In this document: one piece after another, positions 39,001 through 45,636 of the stretch | How positions within the stretch are numbered: position 1 is the stretch's first letter | Layout of the letters: every line of letters starts with the position of its first letter | Assembly (NCBI GenBank): GCA_964539455.1 | Contig: CAZIIP010000001.1 | Span: forward strand, 104,521-151,310 | DNA from: an uncultured Rhodothermales bacterium | GTDB lineage: Bacteria; Bacteroidota; Rhodothermia; Rhodothermales; CAYLXM01 | Length of the DNA: 46,790 bases | Direction: 5' to 3' | The notes under the pieces: model-generated | Seen by the model: only the letters and a program-made list of their open reading frames with translations | Told to the model about the DNA's origin: nothing | The model's database searches: none | Program-made: the position numbers and the translations under genes

Positions 39001-39216
39001 GTCAATCCGCAGGCACAGGATCTTTACGGTCACATGCTCAACAGCGCCGCCCTGATCGTTCAGGGCGAACTGCAGTCCGAGAAAAACTGGCGCGGCATCA
39101 TCCTGCAGCAGGCCTGGCGACTGGATGCCGTTTTTGGCGGATACAAAGGACATGCAAGCTACAGTGGCGGTAGAGACAGGCACGTTGTGTCGACTGCCGA
39201 CGCAGTCAATTCATGA
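36028..39216 (+). CDS. dnaE2: Error-prone DNA polymerase III alpha homolog DnaE2 (ImuC)
   Basis: About 1062 aa from MFTHLHVRSWFSFLRGAS (PHP domain). Pol III alpha core motifs and an OB-fold C-terminus. It lies in a cassette with imuB. Confidence 0.92.
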   Translation: MFTHLHVRSWFSFLRGASPPDQLVEQAAALGMRALAITDIKGMYGVVRHQLACKEHGLKPVFGAEVVVGGRPLVLLAKTRTGYANICRLLTQGFQRTETPESDVRVEELAAVGEDVICLTGGAEGLLWDAVHRKAYPKARNWVDHLRGIFGRNLYVELTNQLRPDDRRMVTRMARFASECRLQVVATGDVRYATPEGYALYDLMTCIRTHQTIFEGHPERPVNDQAFLRPEAELRRLIPHPEAFRNAERIEASCCVDLLPEYITPPGARLPAGVLPETHLRKLCDEGLKTRYAAGERKRARAQMERELKVICGLELEEFFLVVREVVDEAARRNIRCAGRGSAANSIVAYLLGITHVDPIAHRLLFERFLHQGRKGTPDIDIDFDSDRRLEIVEWIEDRFGVEQTAMSATLQTYQLRSALRDVAKALGYPEQVLRAFSTAVPHRPATRIDEYREQVISILGGETPLARALVEGVWALAGCPRHLGQHSGGMVLSRAHLHAFTPVQTSANGVKMVQFDKRDIERLGLVKLDVLGLRMLAALSFAEELIQRTHPEPFNLDKVPLDDRPTFDMIRAGETIGLFQIESQGQLHLLAMNQPETFQDLIAEIALFRPGPVQGGMVRPFVRRRKGQERVQFQDPSLEPILKDTYGIILFQEQVLEVAHKFAGMSLQEADDFRALMSKFRDPGQMESMRTVFVNGAMRRGVSEKVAQEVFEKVSKFVGYGFCRSHAAAFAKTVFQSAYLKKHFPAAYMAAVMQHMPGMYPVMTLEQEAKRLGVQVLSPDVNHSGILYDLEHRGYGVYAIRKPLTSIKAVSLESARTIFLERLKGPFKDVEDFYRRCAVDKDAMENIARSGALDELTHGSRKALWEVGVLHRRLGTAGRIDPQQHLFSMQALEAVDLPALAELGIDERLSWDYQTHGAARHHPMTVVRRQLNELEVRPVSVCYQYAQPALRGKAPVIQTAGIVILRQRPPTAKGFMFITLEDETGFIQCVVNPQAQDLYGHMLNSAALIVQGELQSEKNWRGIILQQAWRLDAVFGGYKGHASYSGGRDRHVVSTADAVNS

Positions 39217-39516
39217 ACCATGAATTGAACCCGCACTACCCGCTTCAACGATCGACTCACCCGCAACCACAAAGATCTTGTCTCCCGGCGCAGGGGTGAA
39301 GCGTCTGTTTCCGGTAAACGTTCCGAAAGCGGGGAAAATGGCGCGCCGCTCTCCCATCACGAAACAGGGGAGACGAAGACGCTGCTGCGCGCCTCCGGAG
39401 AATGAGATGCCGGCGTGGATATGACCGGAGATGACGTAGCCCGGTGGGAGATTGTCTGTATCAACAGCCGAACACTGCCTTTTCTGAAAAGTGCCGCGTT
39501 GCTCACTGTACGTCAT
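39211..39516 (-). pseudogene. C-terminal remnant of a PdeM-like (ligase-associated) metallophosphoesterase
   Basis: SGHIHAGISFSGGAQQRLRLPCFVMGERRAIFPAFGTFTGN matches my recollection of the C-terminal part of PdeM-type phosphoesterases. The N-terminal metal-binding motifs (DxH, GDxxH, GNHD) are absent. The only ATG (39516) overlaps the last codons of the Prim-Pol gene. Confidence 0.4.
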
Positions 39517-41014
39517 TTCCGGGGAAAAGCGGCATCTGGTCCTCCGATGTTGAAGCGCCCTCCCCGTCCGGTTCACTTCCGGATGTAAGGGCGGAGCCCT
39601 GTGCATCCTGAAACAGGCCGGGCTGATCGAAGCGGTATTCGAATCCGTGCCGTTGCAGTACGATCAATGATTTTCGCGGAGTCTCATCAAACCGGCTCTT
39701 GGTCAGCAGTACGCGTTCCCGCGTATGGTCACCAACCTGCTCCAGATGCACCTTAATGTCGACAAATGGATCGAGGGGTGTATCCGGAATGCGCCCTTGT
39801 GAGGTATTGTCGGAAGGGAGATCCCACACGGCAAAGAGGCCGACGCCTCGCAAAATGGCTTTCAGCAGAGGCTGCATGACGTAGTCCGCATCTACCTGCC
39901 GGGAGCCGTCCATCACCTCGCGTCCGGCGAAAGCATTCAGCCGGTCGATAACAATCAGGCGTGCCTTTACGGTAGTGCAGCGATCCACTGCGGCCGCGAT
40001 CAGCTTTGGCCAGGACACATCCAGTGACTCCTGATAGTGAAGCACGTGAAGCCTGTTGAGAAACAGATGGTTGTAGCCGCGGGCCAGAATGGCCCTGCCC
40101 AGGGACGCCGGCGATTCCGACGTGAGAAGCACGACACTTCCCTGAACGGATCTGCGCGTCAGGAATTCGGAGCCCTCCAGCACTGAGCGGATGAGATGAA
40201 GCGCGAAGGTGGTTCTCCCGCTGCCTTTTTCCGTTCCGTGCAGCAAGGTAATTGCCTGGGTAGCCGCCCAGGGTTCATTGATCCATATGCTCGAATTGTC
40301 CGCCGCCACGTCGAATCCCGTGCGGAACGGCAAATCCGGCATTTCCTCGCCCATTTCTGTCTGGGCTTTGTTCTCCGTGCGGGTACGAACGCGCAAATTG
40401 CATCTTCGGAGAATCCATCCGGGGACGGGCGCAACGGAGGTCTGCCGGATGGTCGCACCTGGGTCCCACGAGCTCTCTTCCCAGCGATCCCCGTACAGGT
40501 GAACGGACGGTGGTGCGAAAACCACTTCTCCTTCTCCCAGAAGCGTAATGCCGGGTGCGATAGGTGTCGAACCGGCCGGCATTGCTGATGGATCGGCCGA
40601 AAACAGGTGGACAAGCCGGTCGGAGGACGCCAGGATGGTTGGCGTCTTCGGAAGCATCCCGTGCATGATCTCGAGTTCGTTGGCGCTCGCCAAACCGTCT
40701 CGTCCGTCTATCAGCAGCGCGACCAGGCGTGCATCGGCGCCCAGCGCCATACCAATGCGTGCATGGGGGTGGGTTTGCCACCAGCGCTCTATGTGATCGC
40801 GGTTGGAGGTGGCCCTGTCGATTCCAAAGTATTGACAGCGTGTGGAGGGCTGCCGGCAGTCGGCATTCGAGAGTTCACAAATGCATTCTCCGGCACGTCT
40901 CCTGCCTCTGCGGACGGACGGCAGCGGCAGGACAGGATATCCGAGTTCCGCAATTTCCAGTGCCGCCCGTCTCAGTCGCTCTCCAACTCTGTCGGTTCGT
41001 CCGTTTTCAGCCAT
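39503..41014 (-). CDS. Bifunctional Prim-Pol (archaeo-eukaryotic primase-like) / RecA-like AAA_25 ATPase fusion
   Basis: 503 aa. The N-terminal Prim-Pol-like region has ELGYPVLPLP, ERWW, IGMALG, LLIDGRDG, LVHLF and VVFAPPSVH. The C-terminal P-loop domain has LLHGTEKGSGRTTFALHLI and Walker B RLIVIDRLNAF. Confidence 0.75.
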   Translation of the reverse strand: MAENGRTDRVGERLRRAALEIAELGYPVLPLPSVRRGRRRAGECICELSNADCRQPSTRCQYFGIDRATSNRDHIERWWQTHPHARIGMALGADARLVALLIDGRDGLASANELEIMHGMLPKTPTILASSDRLVHLFSADPSAMPAGSTPIAPGITLLGEGEVVFAPPSVHLYGDRWEESSWDPGATIRQTSVAPVPGWILRRCNLRVRTRTENKAQTEMGEEMPDLPFRTGFDVAADNSSIWINEPWAATQAITLLHGTEKGSGRTTFALHLIRSVLEGSEFLTRRSVQGSVVLLTSESPASLGRAILARGYNHLFLNRLHVLHYQESLDVSWPKLIAAAVDRCTTVKARLIVIDRLNAFAGREVMDGSRQVDADYVMQPLLKAILRGVGLFAVWDLPSDNTSQGRIPDTPLDPFVDIKVHLEQVGDHTRERVLLTKSRFDETPRKSLIVLQRHGFEYRFDQPGLFQDAQGSALTSGSEPDGEGASTSEDQMPLFPGNDVQ

Positions 41015-41221
41015 GCCGCTCGTCTCGTTTTCGTTTCCGGCTCATCCGGCAACGTTTTCGAGGTGCATTTGCATGCGCATGATCCATTGCTCGGGTGACT
41101 TCAAACTTAAGCCTTCCCGTAGCCTTTCCGCCAGCAATGGGAAACAAAAAGGTGCCGGCTGCAGCCGTTCCACAAGCAAATCGTCTGCTCCCGGTATGCA
41201 AAACCATTCACGCTGACGCGC

Positions 41222-41593
41222 TCAATAGTTCACGCCCGTGTTTTCTTCCGGCGCGTTGTCGTGTGTATCATCCGACGTCTTGGGCATGAGGCTGTTGCTG
41301 ACAGCGTAGTAGCATGCGATGTAGTAGATCTCCATCTCGCCGCGCGTTTCCACCCGCTCGATGTGGACGATATTGAAGCGGGCGTCGGGAAAACGTTCCC
41401 CGAGGACCTTCGTCAGATCGTCTCGAACACGTCCCGGTGTCCGCGGCACTACCGACTGCTCGATTGAACATCGAAAGCTGCCCTCGATGCGCAGAATGGA
41501 GAGGCCGCGAAGGTCGAGCCACTCCCGTAGCGGGGTCTCTTGGTCGACGAACTGAAACGGCCATTCCTGAAACTCGACGATCTGCTTTGCCAT
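41222..41593 (-). CDS. Hypothetical protein (123 aa) between dnaA and the Prim-Pol gene
   Basis: The start is set at MAKQIVEFQEW (41593). It follows the dnaA terminator. I recognised no family. Confidence 0.45.
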   Translation of the reverse strand: MAKQIVEFQEWPFQFVDQETPLREWLDLRGLSILRIEGSFRCSIEQSVVPRTPGRVRDDLTKVLGERFPDARFNIVHIERVETRGEMEIYYIACYYAVSNSLMPKTSDDTHDNAPEENTGVNY

Positions 41594-41638
41594 CGTTCCT
41601 CGTTGAGATATTGGCGGTTGGGAGAGGGAAGGTCGGGG

Positions 41639-41666
41639 AAAATACAAAAAGCGCCCGAGAGGACGC
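41639..41666 (-). terminator. Rho-independent terminator after dnaA
   Basis: On the minus strand, GCGTCC-TCTC-GGGCGC (one G-U pair) is followed by TTTTTGTATTTT. It begins 35 nt after the dnaA stop. Confidence 0.6.
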
Positions 41667-41700
41667 CTTTGCAACCTGCAGCATCAAACCTGTGGACCGC

Positions 41701-43176
41701 CTACATGGCGCCGAGTTTCTGCAAGAGTTCCTCCACGAGATCATCGAGATCATCGTCGACATCCCGGAGGTTTTCGATCGATTGGACGCCGTGCATGACC
41801 GAAGAGTGGTCGCGCCCGTCAAAGAATGCGGCGATCTTCGTATAGGTATCATATGACACGACCCGGGCCAGATACATGGCGATATGGCGGGCCTGCACGT
41901 GTGGTCGCTTGCGGCTGCGGCCACGCATCACATCGACAGGCACCTGGGTCTGCTCGCTGACCAAACGCGCGATGTCCTTCAAATGAATGGCCCCGAGTGC
42001 TTCGCCCGTAACTTCCGCAATCAGTGTGCCAATAGCAGGTACTTCAAATCCGAATTTGCTCTCCGCCAGCAGCCGGTTGAGAATGCCTTCGATCTGCCTG
42101 ACGCTTCCCCGTGTGCGCGCAATCGTGTCGATCGTCTCGGCGTCCAGATCGAGATCCAACTCGGAAGCCCGCTGTTCTACAATTTGCCGGCGTGTGTCAA
42201 ATCCGGGAGGCGACAGTTCAGCCATTACACCTCCTTGAAATCTGGAGACCAGGGATGTGTTGAGTCCCGGAATCCTGGTTGGTTGTTGGTCGAAGGAGAG
42301 TACAACTTGCTTGTTCTCGTATATCAGGCTGTTGAAAACGACAGCGAACTGGTCCTGGATTTTCTGCGTGCGCCCCAGAAACTGAACGTCGTCGACGATG
42401 AGCAGGTCCAGATGCGCGAAAGACTTTACGAAAGAATGCGCTGACTTTCCTTTAAGAGAACTAACAAATGATGAAGCAAACCTCTCGGTAGTGAGGTACC
42501 GGACCGATCTGTTTTGGCTGTAGGCCATCTGCCCGATGGCCTGCAACAGATGCGTTTTACCGACACCCGAAGTTCCGTAAATAATGAGCGGATTGAACGT
42601 GTGCGCGTCGCGTGCACTTACCAGCATCTTGCCTATGCCGGCAGCAACCTGGTTGCAACGGCCTTCAACGAAACGCTCGAACGAATACTGACGCTGAAGA
42701 CCGATCTCCGCCTGTGCCTGAATGCGCGAAGCGGTCTTGGCAACGGCCACCTCCCGTCCGTTACTTGTGCCGTTCTCCCTGGAAAGTCCGACCGACCGTA
42801 ATTCATGGTTAATCGGACGCGTTCGGGCGGCAACCGCACCATCGCCGGTATTCGTGGTCCTTTCCTCCTCAACAAATCCGATGCGTACCGGGTGGCCCAG
42901 CACAGAAGCCGAGGCGGATGCAATATCCACACGGCGCTTCAAATAATCGCGGTGAAACCGGTTGGGGACGACCAGTTTGAAGACCTCGTGATCGAGCGAA
43001 CGCGCTATAACCGGCTCAATCCAGGTATTGAACTCCACTTCAGTGAGCTGGTCCTTGAGGACCTTCTTGCACTCCCGCCAGGCTTGTTCAGGGTTGAGAG
43101 ACAGGTTGTTTGTAGCAGGTGCGGGAACGGTCATTAAGGTTGGTGCTAAAGGGCGTTTCGCAAGGGCAATTTCCAA
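41701..43176 (-). CDS. dnaA: Chromosomal replication initiator protein DnaA
   Basis: 491 aa. AAA+ Walker A GTSGVGKTHLL, and a domain IV DNA-binding signature (RQIAMYLARVV-like HIAMYLARVVS, DHSSVMHGVQSI). Confidence 0.96.
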   Translation of the reverse strand: MEIALAKRPLAPTLMTVPAPATNNLSLNPEQAWRECKKVLKDQLTEVEFNTWIEPVIARSLDHEVFKLVVPNRFHRDYLKRRVDIASASASVLGHPVRIGFVEEERTTNTGDGAVAARTRPINHELRSVGLSRENGTSNGREVAVAKTASRIQAQAEIGLQRQYSFERFVEGRCNQVAAGIGKMLVSARDAHTFNPLIIYGTSGVGKTHLLQAIGQMAYSQNRSVRYLTTERFASSFVSSLKGKSAHSFVKSFAHLDLLIVDDVQFLGRTQKIQDQFAVVFNSLIYENKQVVLSFDQQPTRIPGLNTSLVSRFQGGVMAELSPPGFDTRRQIVEQRASELDLDLDAETIDTIARTRGSVRQIEGILNRLLAESKFGFEVPAIGTLIAEVTGEALGAIHLKDIARLVSEQTQVPVDVMRGRSRKRPHVQARHIAMYLARVVSYDTYTKIAAFFDGRDHSSVMHGVQSIENLRDVDDDLDDLVEELLQKLGAM

Positions 43177-43234
43177 TATCTATTTCGGCGTTCAGATTAG
43201 AAACTCTGGTCGATTCGAGGCAACCTAAATCTGA

Positions 43235-43404
43235 GACTAGTTGTTCACAGAACCACTAGTCCGTCAACAGGCTTATCCACGACCCGCCCAACAGGTTAAA
43301 TTGCCATGTTTCGGTAGCGTTAAAGGAATGTTGCCGAAACGTAACCAACCGGTGCAATACCATAAGAGTTTGATAATATGTCTTTTAACAGTATGCTATC
43401 CACA
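43235..43404. promoter_or_regulatory. DnaA-box cluster / dnaA promoter or oriC-like region
   Basis: TTATCCACG (43273-43281) and CTATCCACA (43396-43404) each have one mismatch to TTATCCACA. TTGTTCACA (43241-43249) lies in the loop of the hairpin GACTAGT/ACTAGTC (43235-43261). A second hairpin, GTTTCGG...CCGAAAC, spans about 43308-43340. An AT-rich stretch covers 43361-43395. Confidence 0.45.
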
Positions 43405-43504
43405 ACTTCCACAGTGTTGACAACGGAGATACCCACGTACAGGGGTTTCCCAACAATTTGTAAACACTCCCCCGGCCCCGAGCGTTAAGAGTGTCTTTTT
43501 CAAT

Positions 43505-43519
43505 ATGTGTGAAATATGT
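43505..43519 (+). promoter_or_regulatory. Operator candidate upstream of dinB (15-mer identical to the imuB site)
   Basis: ATGTGTGAAATATGT ends 12 nt before the dinB ATG. The identical 15-mer ends 17 nt before the imuB ATG, in the same orientation relative to the gene. Confidence 0.6.
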
Positions 43520-43530
43520 AATTTGACGAC

Positions 43531-44586
43531 ATGGAGCGCCGCATCATCCATGTTGACATGGACGCATTCTTCGCGTCCGTCGAGCAAAGGGACCGGGGTC
43601 TTCGGGGCAGCCCGGTGGCGGTCGGAGGTGTGCGGGGCAGGGGAGTGGTCGCGGCGGCGAGTTATGAGGCGCGTGTGTTTGGAATTCATTCGGCGATGTC
43701 GATGCGGGAGGCTCTTCGTAGCTGCCCGGATCTGATTGTCGTACCCACGCGGCATGAGCACTATCGCGAAGAGTCGGAGCGGATTCGGGCGATCATGCAC
43801 ACGTTCACCGATGTTGTTCAACCACTCTCTATTGACGAGGCGTATCTGGATGTGACCGGTTGTCTTGATGCGTATGGCACCGCGACCGAAGTGGCGATCA
43901 ATCTCAAACGCCGCATACGCGAGGAGACCGATCTGACGGCGTCGGCCGGGGTAGGTCCTAACAAAACGGCGGCCAAGATTGCCTCGGCGTATCGTAAGCC
44001 GGACGGATTGACGGTTGTGCATCCCTCGAGGCTCGAGGAGTTCTATGCGCAGTTGGATATCGAGAAATTCCCGGGAATCGGCGCTGCCACGGCCAAGCGG
44101 ATGCATGCATTGAGCATCCGGACGGGTGCGGATCTCAGAAAGCAGTCGCGTGTCCTTTTAAGACAGAAATTCGGGAAATCGGGAGAGTGGTTTTACCGGA
44201 TGATTCGAGGAGATGACGATCGTCCCGTCTCGGTCAACCGAAAGCGGAAATCCGTGTCGGTGGAGCGAACCTATTTCGACGGACTACGAACGCGCGAAGC
44301 GGTAGAGGAAGCCTTGGCCTCGATCGCCGGACGGGTCATCCGCCGACTGAAGAAAGCGGGCGTCACGGGACGAACGGTAGTGTTGAAGGTCCGTTTTTCG
44401 GACTTCAGCCAGTTTACACGCAGTCTAACGCTGGACCATGCGTGCAACGGAACCGATGAATTGATCCGTGTGGTGATGCACCTGGCCCGCCAAATCGACA
44501 ATGGGCGTCCCGTCAGGCTCCTTGGCGTAGGAGTCTCCAACCTTGTGCCCTCCGATGTGGCACAGACGGAATTATCGCTCGAATGA
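43531..44586 (+). CDS. dinB: DNA polymerase IV
   Basis: 351 aa. IIHVDMDAFFASVEQRD and SIDEAYLDVT catalytic motifs, with a little-finger domain. Confidence 0.95.
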   Translation: MERRIIHVDMDAFFASVEQRDRGLRGSPVAVGGVRGRGVVAAASYEARVFGIHSAMSMREALRSCPDLIVVPTRHEHYREESERIRAIMHTFTDVVQPLSIDEAYLDVTGCLDAYGTATEVAINLKRRIREETDLTASAGVGPNKTAAKIASAYRKPDGLTVVHPSRLEEFYAQLDIEKFPGIGAATAKRMHALSIRTGADLRKQSRVLLRQKFGKSGEWFYRMIRGDDDRPVSVNRKRKSVSVERTYFDGLRTREAVEEALASIAGRVIRRLKKAGVTGRTVVLKVRFSDFSQFTRSLTLDHACNGTDELIRVVMHLARQIDNGRPVRLLGVGVSNLVPSDVAQTELSLE

Positions 44587-44610
44587 AGCGATGCCTCTTG
44601 CGGTTTGCCG

Positions 44611-45636
44611 CTACAACAAGCCTTTTCGCTCGGCTACATCGAAAAACCGTCTGGCAATTTCCGCCGTCAATGCCGGTGCATTTCCCCAGGCGCGGTTGTT
44701 GACCAGTATGTTCAACACCTGACCGGCTTCGATGGCTTTGAATATCAGTGCATTTGAATCGTCGATCATGCGGTTGGCCGATGCATGGTCGACCAGTTCG
44801 GGGGCCGGTTTGTCGAACGGATGGGCATGCGCGTAGGCCCTGGCATACGGCATACGCAAGGGGGTAAGCAGCCGCACCACACCTTGTCCATCCGTTGCAG
44901 GGAATCCCTCAACGTGTTCCCATTGGCGTTTCAGCGGCGGGAGCCAGGTCCAGTGGCTGTAAACGAAGCCGAGTCCACGATCTTTTAACCACGCAACATA
45001 TTCCGGCGTGATGAGGTGAGGAGATCGTAGTTCAAGATGCATCTGCGGGCTGTCCGGTAGTTGCCTGAAAAAGGAGTCCAGCGTGGCGATGTTTTCCTCG
45101 TTGGAGGGGCTGTCGGATTTTCGCTGATATTCCTGCTCGAATATTACACCGGCCAGGCGATTTCCCAGGATATCCCGGCAAGGCTTGAGGAAGCGCTCGA
45201 TGAAACCATCGAAATGCAGATACGAGTCGTTTTCTTCGTAGCTCTGTGTCGTACGAATTCTGCGTGCGGCATAGGCCTGTGGGGCCTTTAGAAAAAAGCG
45301 GGCGGAGTCCGGACTGTGTTCGGCGTATCGCCGGAGAACGAAATAGTTATTGGTCGGCTCGCCTTCACGGTTCAGGAGCGTGCGGTAGAAGGTGAAGTCG
45401 ATTTCCAGGCAACCAAAGTGTTCGAAGTAATCGGCGACGGACGTGACGGGGACCGTTTCTTCACGGTACGACTTGCCGCCCAGTTTCCTTGATCTCGAAT
45501 TGATTTTATAAGTGTTTTCCGGATAGATTTGGCCGATCCAGCCGGCATATCTGTCGCTTGTGGTGCCAAACCGGAGGCAAGGATGGACATGGCGAAAATC
45601 GTATTTCTCCAGGTCGGGCATGGTGCGCCTTTTCAC
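44611..45636 (-). CDS. DUF72 (YecE-like, TIM-barrel) family protein
   Basis: 341 aa. The segments LRFGTTSDRYAGWIGQIYP and FEHFGCLEIDFTFY are typical of DUF72. Its ATG directly abuts the lexA-like stop codon (45637-45639). Confidence 0.7.
   Translation of the reverse strand: MKRRTMPDLEKYDFRHVHPCLRFGTTSDRYAGWIGQIYPENTYKINSRSRKLGGKSYREETVPVTSVADYFEHFGCLEIDFTFYRTLLNREGEPTNNYFVLRRYAEHSPDSARFFLKAPQAYAARRIRTTQSYEENDSYLHFDGFIERFLKPCRDILGNRLAGVIFEQEYQRKSDSPSNEENIATLDSFFRQLPDSPQMHLELRSPHLITPEYVAWLKDRGLGFVYSHWTWLPPLKRQWEHVEGFPATDGQGVVRLLTPLRMPYARAYAHAHPFDKPAPELVDHASANRMIDDSNALIFKAIEAGQVLNILVNNRAWGNAPALTAEIARRFFDVAERKGLL

Noticed and set aside
41007-41207. 66-aa basic ORF between the 123-aa ORF and the Prim-Pol gene
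   Set aside because: It is tightly packed, with a 14-nt gap upstream and an 8-nt overlap downstream, which is suggestive. But third-position composition is unremarkable, the sequence shows no recognisable DNA-binding motif, and other frames are also open. It is not reported as a feature without homology or expression evidence.
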